Positions 50,808 through 61,954 of a stretch of DNA of 64,000 nucleotides are shown here, piece by piece (the stretch's first letter is position 1; the number at the start of each line of letters is the position of its first letter). The notes below the pieces were generated by a model, which saw nothing but the letters and a program-made list of their open reading frames with translations, ran no database searches and was not told the DNA's origin. This DNA is from Candidatus Wolframiiraptor gerlachensis. GTDB taxonomy: Archaea; Thermoproteota; Nitrososphaeria_A; Caldarchaeales; Wolframiiraptoraceae. Made by a program: the position numbers and the translations under genes. Location of the stretch: contig JAJPCT020000026.1 of NCBI GenBank assembly GCA_021323375.2, positions 8,574 through 72,573 on the forward strand. Reading direction: 5' to 3'.

Positions 50808-51130
50808 CGAGCATACTTGTTGAGGCTGAGAATGCCGTGAGGATGGGCCGGGTAAGACTCCATGTCTTCAAGCCAAGTGGGAGGAGGAGATGGGTGGTCG
50901 TTGGAAGACATGGAGAATATCTCGTCCTCCCTGAGGCTGGCTACTGCTCATGCCCAGACTTCTTCTTCCGGGTCATGAGCGGGGAGAAGCCGACATGCTA
51001 CCACCTAGTAGCAGTCAAGCTAGCGATCGAGAGAAAACAGTTCAACATCGTGGAGAAGGATGATGCAGAACATGACCAGCTAATGGAGCACTGGCTCAAG
51101 GGCGAGACTCCAAAAGAAAAAGAACAATAG
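50804..51130 (+). CDS. SWIM zinc finger protein
   Basis: YCSCPDF...CYHLVA motif. Confidence 0.85.
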   Translation: MTSILVEAENAVRMGRVRLHVFKPSGRRRWVVVGRHGEYLVLPEAGYCSCPDFFFRVMSGEKPTCYHLVAVKLAIERKQFNIVEKDDAEHDQLMEHWLKGETPKEKEQ

Positions 51131-51194
51131 AACAGCTAAGGAACATGCTCTAGACTATACCCTCAAGGCTAATCTCTGCATCAAGGATAGCGGG

Positions 51195-52812
<1,618 letters not shown>

Positions 52813-52957
52813 CCTAGGCGTGATCATGTGCTTAGGTCCCCATCTCTGTGGCTGGCGGAGGAGGCCGCCACACATGGGCGGGCCGGGTCAGCGGCCCGAG
52901 GGCGTTTCGTGGGCGGCACCGCCGTCGCCGCCAGCCAATAGTATGTGTGGTGCCTCT

Positions 52958-52972
52958 TGGATAAAACCTGTC
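52958..52972 (-). promoter_or_regulatory. Putative rRNA promoter (TATA box)
   Basis: Minus-strand CAGGTTTTATCC lies about 25 nt upstream of a GC-rich leader helix starting at 52936. Confidence 0.55.
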
Positions 52973-53028
52973 GTAGTTACTTCTCGAGGCGGTAGCGCTC
53001 CCAAGACTTATATCTCATCCTTGGACTG

Positions 53029-54360
53029 ATGGTTTGGAGCATGTCTTTACCTCATTCTGGAGGATGTTTCAGTGATAATTCTGGCCGCTGGTATTGGGAG
53101 TAGGCTTAAGCCCTTTCCGGGGCCTCCCCAAGTGCTTGATGGAGCTCAGAGCCTGGGGTAAGATATTCTCGATTTTATCCTCGAGAGAGGGTTAGGCGAG
53201 CCGGCCTAGGAGGATCATCGTGGTCACTAGGCGTGAATTCTCGCATTCTATTCGAGCGAGGCTCCTAACGATGTTGAGCTTGTAGAGTTGGATCCTGATC
53301 GCTTTGAGAATCTTTATAGCCTCTGGGCGGCTGTGGGCAGGGTTGATGGGAGCTTTCTGGTCTTAATGTCAGATCATATCTTCGAGTATGAGCTGTTGAA
53401 AAGGTCTTGAGTGAGGCGGTTAAGGCGCGGGAAGCGTTCATGCTATGTCTGGATAGGGAGCCCTCGGTTATCGAGGCTGAGGAGGAAGCATGAAGCTGAT
53501 GCTGTTGAATGGGAGAGTGGTCGAGGCTGATAAGTCCTTAAGCCCCTCTACAGGATCGATACAGGATCATCTATTGTAATCCCATGCTAGGAAGTATATC
53601 GAGGGGGCTTATCAGGTTAAGGAGGCTCGAAGGCGGCGATAAAGGATGCGTTGAACCTCGCTGCCGCCGAGAATCAAGTGGGTTTGTTGATGTTACTGGG
53701 CTGCTTTGGAAGGATGTGGATACACTCAGGATCTTGAGAAGGCGAGGAAGCTACTGGCGGATATAGGAAGGGGCTTACGAGACCGAGTGATGGGCTTGTA
53801 TCACGATATCTCAATAGGCAGATCTCATCAAGGGACTCGATATCACTCTGTAGGCCGGAGGCTATATCAATCAAACATCATATCCATAATCTCATTCCTG
53901 ATTTGTGTTTGCGGAGCCATTTTCTCGCCCTCCAAAGCTTTCTCATGGGCGGCCTGCTGATCCAAGCATCATCAATAGTTGATGGCGTGGATGGCAGAGC
54001 TTACCAAGGCTCTTTAGGAGGGGTATCGAGCTTCGGGGCATACTGGACTCTTTTCTGAATAGGCTGGCGATCTCTCCGTGATAATGGGGCTTATTATCGC
54101 GCCATGACCCTCGACCAGATCATCGGCATCATCTCAATTCTCGCATCAGCAAACATAATCCTAGTGAGCTACCTAACCCATCCCCTCCAAAGGAAGCCCG
54201 GAATCGATATATCACAGATCGGTTTCATTCCGGTTCACGCGTGATGTTAGGCTCTTTCATGGTATTCTTAGCCGCTATTCTCGGGATGCCTCTCATCGCG
54301 TTGCTTTACGTAGCTTTATCCCCTAGCATACTATACGGCTGGCCTGATCTTAGCCGCCCG
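53029..54360 (+). pseudogene. Bifunctional IPCT/DIPPS (di-myo-inositol phosphate synthesis), multiply frameshifted, probably sequencing error
   Basis: Fragments in shifting frames: VIILAAGIGSRL, ENLYSL, FLVLMSDHIFE, WKDVDT, DGLVSRYLNR, SSIVDGVDG and SSFGA. Confidence 0.8.
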
Positions 54361-55003
54361 TATCAGATTAGCCGGGTCGCGCCCCGTTGTTATTGGGGAA
54401 GAGCCCTGGCCTAGGATATTGCATCCAATAGACCCTGTAAAGGGGCTGTGCCAGCTCATTGGAAGAATGAACTTGAAGCTGATCCTGACCGCTGTAATCC
54501 TCTCGGGTTGATTATTTGATCTCTGCTTGATTTCCGGTTCTTGGGAGTTAATGGAAAGCTCCTGCTCCATAGGCACATCATATTAATCTTGGAGGCCGCT
54601 CTGTTATCGGCTTCAGCTATATGATAATCTCTTCGATGAAGAGGCTTTTAGACCTTATCACGGTAAGGCTTGTAAGTAGGATTGGACAGCCAAGGAGCCC
54701 TTAGAAGGATCTTTATCGACCTTCTATGCGACTCTCGGCTTAATAGCTTAGCGTGCTATTCATGTGAGCTTCGCATCTATACCCCGATTGGGGGTCTCGT
54801 CTCAAAGATAGTGATGGCGGCAGGCCGCCATACTCTTCCCTCACAACAATATACAGGCTCAGGAGAAGAACATACAGGACATTCGCCGAGGTTTATGAGA
54901 AGATTTGTAGAGAATCTTGCTAGAAGGCTTGCTCAGTGAGTAGAAGCTTCCCACTTGGATAAATACCGTTTAAATCCCTGAGTATGACTGGGCGTGTGGG
55001 TTT

Positions 55004-55016
55004 GGAAAGCCTTATT
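55004..55016 (+). promoter_or_regulatory. BRE/TATA promoter of the unknown structured RNA
   Basis: GGAAAGCCTTATT resembles AAAGCCTTATAAG at ~48380 and lies about 25 nt upstream of the helix start at 55041. Confidence 0.55.
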
Positions 55017-55040
55017 CGCCCCCAATGAATACAATCTAGC

Positions 55041-55244
55041 GAGGCTGGCCGGAACAGGGACGCGCCCATAGAAGGAGGCTGCCGGGGTGCCCGGAAAGCC
55101 GTCCTCATGGAGCACCACATGCCGGCCCGTGAGCGCCGCGTAACTGAAGAGCTACGGTGCGGTGTGGCTGAAGGGGCGTCCCACCTCGGGGAAAAGCTCA
55201 CGCGGTGGGATGCTCACAAGCCACGCGCCTCCGAGGCCAGCCTC
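55041..55244 (+). ncRNA. Unidentified ~205-nt structured non-coding RNA
   Basis: Perfect 10-bp terminal helix GAGGCUGGCC/GGCCAGCCUC, several internal helices with G-U pairs on the + strand, an upstream TATA and a downstream T-rich tract. Confidence 0.65.
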
Positions 55245-55287
55245 CAGCATATTTTCTTATCTGTTGAAGGCTTGGGCAGAGGTCGCT

Positions 55288-55905
55288 CACATTCTCGGTA
55301 CTTTCTCGGGCTAAGCCCTGCAACAACCTCCTAGAGGTCGACGTTTATCACGTAGATCGCGTGTAGCCTCATCTTCGAGGCTTCTCGACTGCGATCTCGG
55401 GCGTCCTATAGTAGTATTGGTCGCAGAGGCTTTTGAGAAGCTGTATCTCGGCGGGCCTCCTAGCGCTTCCGCCGGCTTCAGGAGGGTTCTTGGTATCTGG
55501 AGTATGTTGTGGGCTGGTGTCGCCAGGCTGAATCTATCGGCATGGGGGCTATATCTCGCGATCTTGCTAATAGCCCTCGCGGTGAGATATGCTTGAGGGT
55601 CGAGAGCATTCTCGGGCGATGTGAACCCGGTCTCAACCTCGATTATCAGGCTCTTTCCATCTCTCCAGGTCACGTCCGCTACTAGGTCGTTGGCGAGGGA
55701 TACTCGAGCTCAACCCTATAGCCCTTGCTCGCGGAGATGCGCTGCAAGGACATACTCCATTATCGAGTGGTTTATCTTTATTCTATTCTCCTGTGAAGCG
55801 ATATCAGCCTCTCCGCGATCTCGCCGATCCTCCGCCCGATGCTTAGGCCATACCTCTCTCAGAAGCCTTTGAGCGGTCCTCACATCCTCCCTCGAAGGCG
55901 TCCAT
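55288..55905 (-). pseudogene. Conserved-looking hypothetical protein (PD-(D/E)xK-like), frameshifted
   Basis: Fragments NRIKINHSIMEYVLAAHL, LVADVTW and LIIEVETGFTSPENALDPQAYLTARAISKIARYS. Confidence 0.6.
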
Positions 55906-55970
55906 TCTGGCGCCGGGCGGGTTACGGGAAATAATTAACCTACCGCGCCATTGGATGCGGGCTGTGGCTG

Positions 55971-57158
55971 CTAGAGGCGCCTCACCCGGGTGTGGCCATA
56001 ACTATAAAGGCGTTAAGCCTCCCATACATTATCTGCCTCCCTCGACTCGATAACATATCCAGCCGACTCAAGAGCCCTCCCAAAGATCACGGGCTTCGAG
56101 ACTATCGCGGTCAGCCTTGCATCGGAGCTGCACTCGGCGTATTGATGTGCAGACTTTCTGATAAAACTTCTCTATCTTTCTTACCCCATCCTTCATCCGT
56201 AAGGCGGGTTCATCAATGATATGACTGGGCCTTTCATCGAGCCACCTCGCCAAGCCTCCAGCACATCTCCGACCACGAGCTTGACGGCGTTCCAGGACGC
56301 CCTGCTGCCTCGGCATTCGCGACCGCGCCCCTAATACTCTTCGGCGATGCATCGGAGCCGATGATTCTAGGCCTGAATCGAGATCAGCCTCGGCCTCAAG
56401 CTCCTCCGCGATCTCCCTTATCCTCTCCCCATCTATGAACTTGAGCTTGTTTAGAGCTAGGTCGCTGAGCCTTCGTGCACCCGGAGGTATCTTGAGGCGC
56501 CATTAGAGCCGCCTCTATCGGTATTGTCCCGCCGCCGCACATGGGGTCTAGGAGAGCCTCTTCCCTCCTCCACCCCGAGGCATTAACATGCCCGCGGCTA
56601 TGTCTCGGCTGAAGCGCGGCTCTATGATGATAAACCCTGTAATATCTCCTATGGAGCGATTCCCGGTCGTGTCTAGGCCTATCAGGAGCTCCGAGTCCCC
56701 TGATGAGGCAGTAGAGCTGGACATCGGGATTATCTAGAGTTAACCCTGAGCCTCCCACGCCCGTCCTCTCTCTAAAGCTCTCTATTACAGCCCTGCCGAC
56801 GGCGGCGCCATATCCATGCTCTGTGAATGGCTTGTCCTTCGAGTGCCTCTCGCCCTTAACAGCAGATGCACTGATCAGCTCCGATGAACTCCGTGTAATC
56901 AACGCTGCTTGCAGCCCTGTAAACATCGTCTAAAACCTCCGCCTTGGATCGGGATAGGAGCCACGAAGACCCTGTCTGGATAGTCCTAGAGGCGAGGTTC
57001 AGCCTTATCGATATCATCCTCATCCGCCTCGAAAAATATCTTCCCGATATCGGGTCTCGCCTCCACCCCGATAATCTCCCTACACTCCCGCGCCGCGACA
57101 TCCTCCAAGCCCCATGATCGTGGTCGCGAAGCACTCGAACCTCAACTGCTCAGATCAT
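55971..57158 (-). pseudogene. trm14: THUMP-domain tRNA (guanine-N2) methyltransferase Trm14-like, frameshifted
   Basis: Fragments ATTIMGL, LNLASRTI, HRRYYRVYHHRAAL and LLDPMCGGGTIPIEAAL. Confidence 0.8.
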
Positions 57159-57165
57159 CCCCAGC

Positions 57166-58326
57166 CTAGATCTTTATCTCCACAATATCGCCATCCTCGA
57201 GGGACATGATCCGGGCCAACCCTCTAGCCCTGAACCTTGACCGATGATCCCCAAACCTTTGCATACTTCATCTTCTCGGCAAAGTCCCTGTGAATTATCT
57301 CGGCCAGATCCCTTATCGTCGAGTTTCTGGGAGGATTATCGGCTTATCCGAGGTGATGCCCGCCTTCCTCGTATAGACCCTTATCAGGTCAAGCGAGTTG
57401 AAGATCTGCCTCTTAAGATCTTGAGCCCGGCGCCGCCCTCGGCCGAGACCGCCACCACCGGAATCTCGCCAGCAATGCTCTTAACCTCTTCGAGATCATC
57501 AGCAGCCGCCAGATCAATCTTATTCACAACTATCAGAGCTCTCTTATGAGTCATCTCCACTTATCACGACCTCCTCCGAAGTCCTCGATGCTGGCCTCGC
57601 CGTGAACCCCTGACCACGGCATTCCTTATCCCAACAGATCTAAGCAGATCCTCCACCTCCCTCACATTAGCCCTGAGACTTCCGAAAACGACAAGCCTTA
57701 TCCCACCGCTATCCTTCTTCTCGATCTCGATCTCACACCTCTTCACGCCTAAAGCTGACACCGGACTCATCATATATCTCAAGTATTCTCTCGAGCTGGC
57801 TTGCCGGATCCCGCGCCCCGTCAGAGCACAATCAATATCAGGTCCGCGTTCTTCGAGAATCCAATCGACCTATTCGTGAACTGTGTCTCCTCCAAGCCCC
57901 TCAGTCAGGATCCGCGGGAAGCTCGACGAGCTGGATCTCAACATCCTCATATATCATCATCCTGGACGGGCATGGTTGTAGTGAGCGGATGGCTCGAGAA
58001 CCTGGGGCTTCGCATTCGTTAAGGCCCTGCAGAAGGCTTGACTTGCCGGGAGTTCGCTGCACCGATCAAGGCACGCCAGGCGGCACCCTCCTTAGGAACG
58101 TGAAAATAATCCCTTCTGACGGCTCTCAGGGATGCCTTGCGCTCAGCCTCCTCCTAAGCTCCATCCTCCGCCCAACCTCCCCTAAGCTTCTCCAGTCCCT
58201 TATGATCAGGTATCAGGCTAAGAGCCTCCTCAAGCGCCCTAATCTTCTCCTCAATAGTCCTAGCCGCCTGATACTTCGCCAGCGCCTTCTCAGCCTCAGC
58301 CGGCAGATTGGCAGGTCGTAAGCCAT
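57166..58326 (-). pseudogene. DRG/OBG family GTPase with TGS domain, frameshifted
   Basis: Fragments PANLPAEAEKALAKYQAARTIEEKIRALEEALSLIPDHKG, IVVNKID and C-terminal LEDGDIVEIKI. Confidence 0.85.
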
Positions 58327-58460
58327 TATCATCATAAGCAGGAGTGTTTATTAACTGATCGCGCGCCTTTATCGCTCTTGTAAAATAAGATTCTCCTATC
58401 TTCTAAAACAAATTGAGGAATTAAAATTAATTAGCAGGGATAAATGGTTACTAACTCGCT

Positions 58461-59993
58461 ATGAGGCTGGATGACAAAGGCGCCTGTTTTCTTACAATTG
58501 ATGTTGGTACCGAGGGGACAAAATCGGCTATAATTGATGAGTTTGGACGCGTGCTTGGCATAAGCTATTATGAATATAAGCTGGAAGTCCCTAGCCCCTT
58601 ATGGGCGACGCAGGATCCTCGAATATGGTGGCATGCTGTAAAAGAAACTGTTAGAGAAGCAGTAATCTCAAGCAAAATTGATCCCGATAGAATAGCTGCA
58701 ATAGGTGTCTGTGGTCAAATGCATGGGCCAGTATCATTATCAAAGGAGGGTGAATTTCTTTATAATCAACCACCATTATGGTGCGATAAACGAAACATCC
58801 AGCAATGCTTATGGCTGAAAAGCAAGATTGACGAGGAGGCTCTCTTGGAAATTACTGGTAATCCAATAACGCCTGCTTGGATGGGTTTAAAGATAAGGTG
58901 GATAAAAGATAATCTGCCACATATTTATGAAAAAACTTATAAGTTCCTAACACCGAAGGACACAATTATATGCATGCTAACTGGAGAATTCGTTACAGAT
59001 TTCTCGGAAGCCTCGGGCTCTTATCTTTTTGACTGTAGAAAGCTTGAATGGAGCCCTTACTTAGCAGAGATACTCGAAATAGATTTGGAGAAGATGCCCA
59101 AAATATTCTCATCACATGACGTAGTTGGCGAACTTAGACATGATATTGCACGTGAATTTTCCTTGAAAGGAGGCGTGCCCGTAATAGCTGGAGGCGGTGA
59201 TTTTCCATGTGCAATGCTAGGAGCAGGTGGAATCTTCGTTGATCTTGCCGTGGATATCGCGGGGACATCATCCCTAATGGCGGTATCTACAGAAGACTTA
59301 AAAACTGATGAGAGATTGCTAAATCTTCATCATGTAATTAATGGCAAATGGATACTCTTTAATGAAGTTGAAGCAGGACTACTGAAATGGTTTAGAGAAA
59401 ATTTCGCGGAATCGGAAAAGGCTGTAGCCAGCATGCTTCATCGAACAGCATATAAAGTTCTAGACGAAGAAGCTAGCATGGTGCCTATTGGATCGGATGG
59501 TCTAATAGTATTTCCACATTTCATAGGAGAGAGGGTGCTGGGGAGATACAACTTTAAAGGAGGAATAATTGGTCTGAGCCTAATGCATACAAGAGCCCAT
59601 ATATTTCGAGCTCTTATGGAGTCAATCGCTTATGAATTAAGAAGAATTCTAGAGTTAATTGAGGAGCTAACTAAGGTTAAGGTTTGTGCAGTTAGACTTG
59701 TTGGCGGGGGAGCAACCAGTCCACTACTCACCTCCATTAGGGCAAATGTTTATGGAAAGAAGGTTGAGCTGCTGAGAAACTATCAAGGGGGATTAAATGG
59801 TCTAGCCATGCTCTGCATGATTGGATTAAAATTCGAAGGAGGAAACTTGAACAAAATTCTTGAAAGATTCATCCAAGTTGCAAGCATAGTCGAGCCGGAT
59901 AGGGAAGCCCATGAAAAGTACGAAAACTACTACAACGCCTACAAGCAATTCTATGATATCATAGGCCATTTTTACGAGAAAGATCATTTCTAG
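58461..59993 (+). CDS. FGGY family carbohydrate kinase (xylulokinase-like)
   Basis: IDVGTEGTK, QDPRIWW, GQMHG, WCDKR, TDFSEASG, AGGGD, GER and GGGA motifs. Confidence 0.9.
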   Translation: MRLDDKGACFLTIDVGTEGTKSAIIDEFGRVLGISYYEYKLEVPSPLWATQDPRIWWHAVKETVREAVISSKIDPDRIAAIGVCGQMHGPVSLSKEGEFLYNQPPLWCDKRNIQQCLWLKSKIDEEALLEITGNPITPAWMGLKIRWIKDNLPHIYEKTYKFLTPKDTIICMLTGEFVTDFSEASGSYLFDCRKLEWSPYLAEILEIDLEKMPKIFSSHDVVGELRHDIAREFSLKGGVPVIAGGGDFPCAMLGAGGIFVDLAVDIAGTSSLMAVSTEDLKTDERLLNLHHVINGKWILFNEVEAGLLKWFRENFAESEKAVASMLHRTAYKVLDEEASMVPIGSDGLIVFPHFIGERVLGRYNFKGGIIGLSLMHTRAHIFRALMESIAYELRRILELIEELTKVKVCAVRLVGGGATSPLLTSIRANVYGKKVELLRNYQGGLNGLAMLCMIGLKFEGGNLNKILERFIQVASIVEPDREAHEKYENYYNAYKQFYDIIGHFYEKDHF

Positions 59994-60015
59994 TCCAGGC
60001 AGAAACTCACGTGAA

Positions 60016-60031
60016 GTAAAAATATTTTTAC
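60016..60031. promoter_or_regulatory. Perfect 16-bp palindrome, candidate operator
   Basis: GTAAAAATATTTTTAC lies upstream of the SBP gene. Confidence 0.4.
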
Positions 60032-60099
60032 AACTTTCATTCGCATTTATTTACGTATTGGAAAAATATATATCCAGGCAGACGTACCGCTATACTGCT

Positions 60100-61884
60100 A
60101 TGACACGAGACGAGAAAAAGGGGATAGATTACGCAAATAAGAGCTTGAATGGAAAAAGCTTGATTTTAAAGAAGTTGTCCAGAAGACAAGCATTATCAAC
60201 GGCTGGTAAGGTTGCTATTGGTGTTGTCGTGGCGGGAGTTGTTGCCGGTGTTAGCGGATATCTGGCTGGTAGCGCAGCGGTTCCTACCACCACGATCGAG
60301 AGGACTGTGGAGAGAACCGTTGAGAGAACGGTAACAAAGACGGAAACTGTAACTGTCACTGGGACGGCTCCGCCACCCACTACAGTTGTAACCACGCCTG
60401 CGCCAACTACAGTTGTAACCACGGTTGTTACAACTCCGACAGCCGTGAGATTTGAGGGTGTTGAACTTACTGTTGCGACTCAAACAGGCCCATATATCGC
60501 GGAGCCCGTATATCACTGGAGAGATGTATGGTGTCAGCTAACAGGTGCAAAGGCAGTTAACGTGGTGGAGATTCCTTATGCAGAGCTGTTCGAGAAGATT
60601 ATGCTTGACTTAAAGGTGGCACGTACGTATGATATCCTAATTATCCCGGCCGACTGGGCTGGGGACATAATGGGTGGCGGTTATGTACTGCCACTCGACG
60701 ATTTTATGAAGAAGTATGGGTTCCCGGGATGGGAGGATGTAGTCCCAACGGTAAGAGAGAAGATACTTTCTTGGGGAGGCAAAGTATATGCCACACCATA
60801 TGATGGGGACTGCCACATCTTCTACTGGAGGAAGGATGCATTAGAAGTTCCAGAATATCAAGACAAGTTTAAGGATCAATATGGCTATAGGTACAACATT
60901 CCTCCAAAAACCTGGGAGGAAGTGCTGGATATAGCGGAATTCTTCAATGGATGGGACTGGGATAAGGATGGAAATCCAGATTATGGTATAGCCTTCTGCT
61001 TCAGGAGGGGAAGCCAGACTCCATGGTACTTTATCGACATAGCGGCCCAGTACACCGTAATGCCGCCGGAGGTTCCAGGGAAAATTGACAGGTATAGAGG
61101 CATATTCTACTTTGACCCAGAAACTATGGAAGCTCTTTGTGATACGCCCGGATGGATTGAGGGATTCAGACTATTCAGAGAGATGCTCAAGAGAGCGCCG
61201 CCGGGAGCAATTAACTGGTCTTCAGGTGACTTAAGGACTATATTCGTTTCAGCCTCGCCAAGTTGTGCTATGGCGGTTGACTGGGCGGACATAGGCGTTA
61301 TATCCGTAGACCCGACAATATCCAAGGTTAAGGATAAACTCGGCTTCTCAAGACTACCTGGAGCTCCAAGATACTACGATAGAGAGAAAGGAGTCTGGGT
61401 TGAGAAGTTCAACCAAGTATCAATACTCAACTTCGGCGGATGGGTTGGGGTCATCTCTAAGTGGTCGAAGAATCCTGAGGCAGCATATCATCTCCTAACA
61501 TTCTTGGCCAGCCCAGAGATAGACATACATGACGTTTGTGAGGGCGCGAGAAAGACCGGTAGGAACCCATACAGGTATTCACACTTCACTAACATAGATG
61601 CTTGGGTAGCATACGGGGGCTGGTCAAGAGAATCTGCTGAAGCATACTTAAAAGCCATAAAGAGCGTTTATGATGATCCAAATGCTTTAACAGACCTGAG
61701 GATACCCGGTCAGCCAGAATACTGGGACGCCCTAGACATAGCAATATCAGAGGTATTAACTGACATGAGGACACCCGAGGATGCTGCGAAGTGGCTCAAG
61801 CAGCAATGGGAGGAAATAACCAATAAGCGTGGAAGAGATCAGCAGAAGAGGCTGTATAGAGAAATGTTGGGCCTACCACCATAA
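60100..61884 (+). CDS. Carbohydrate ABC transporter substrate-binding protein with Tat signal and Thr-rich linker
   Basis: LSRRQAL plus TM, TVERT/TTVVTT linker, PYDGD, YWRKD, PPKTWEE and SKNPEAAY motifs. Confidence 0.9.
   Translation: MTRDEKKGIDYANKSLNGKSLILKKLSRRQALSTAGKVAIGVVVAGVVAGVSGYLAGSAAVPTTTIERTVERTVERTVTKTETVTVTGTAPPPTTVVTTPAPTTVVTTVVTTPTAVRFEGVELTVATQTGPYIAEPVYHWRDVWCQLTGAKAVNVVEIPYAELFEKIMLDLKVARTYDILIIPADWAGDIMGGGYVLPLDDFMKKYGFPGWEDVVPTVREKILSWGGKVYATPYDGDCHIFYWRKDALEVPEYQDKFKDQYGYRYNIPPKTWEEVLDIAEFFNGWDWDKDGNPDYGIAFCFRRGSQTPWYFIDIAAQYTVMPPEVPGKIDRYRGIFYFDPETMEALCDTPGWIEGFRLFREMLKRAPPGAINWSSGDLRTIFVSASPSCAMAVDWADIGVISVDPTISKVKDKLGFSRLPGAPRYYDREKGVWVEKFNQVSILNFGGWVGVISKWSKNPEAAYHLLTFLASPEIDIHDVCEGARKTGRNPYRYSHFTNIDAWVAYGGWSRESAEAYLKAIKSVYDDPNALTDLRIPGQPEYWDALDIAISEVLTDMRTPEDAAKWLKQQWEEITNKRGRDQQKRLYREMLGLPP
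60379..60423 (+). repeat. Coding direct repeat in the Thr-rich linker
   Basis: ACTACAGTTGTAACCACG occurs at 60379-60396 and 60406-60423. Confidence 0.8.
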
Positions 61885-61910
61885 TCTCCCATTTTTATTT
61901 TTTCCTTTTA
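61884..61910 (+). terminator. Oligo-T terminator/attenuator after the SBP gene
   Basis: ATCTCCCATTTTTATTTTTTCCTTTT. Confidence 0.55.
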
Positions 61911-61954
61911 AATCCAGAGTAATATGTAATGTTAGGGATTCGGGGTGGCATTAA

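Noticed and set aside
52850-52936. tRNA in the rRNA leader (helix ending ...GCCA)
   Set aside because: There is no T-loop (GUUCRA) or D-loop consensus; it is better explained as 5' ETS structure.
55041-55244. Identity as RNase P RNA, SRP RNA, 5S rRNA, cobalamin riboswitch or group II intron domain V
   Set aside because: I found no GAGGAAA..CC/ACAnAAnnnGGCUUA P4 elements, SRP helix-8 motif, 5S length or loops, B12 box, or proper domain V on either strand. It is left unassigned.
53029-58326. Genuine pseudogene cluster or programmed frameshifting
   Set aside because: The indels are too dense and irregular and also hit invariant 16S positions, so sequencing error is far more parsimonious.
60280-60440. 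Tandem repeats as a CRISPR array or VNTR
   Set aside because: They are in-frame repeats encoding a Thr/Val-rich SBP linker, with no spacer-repeat structure.
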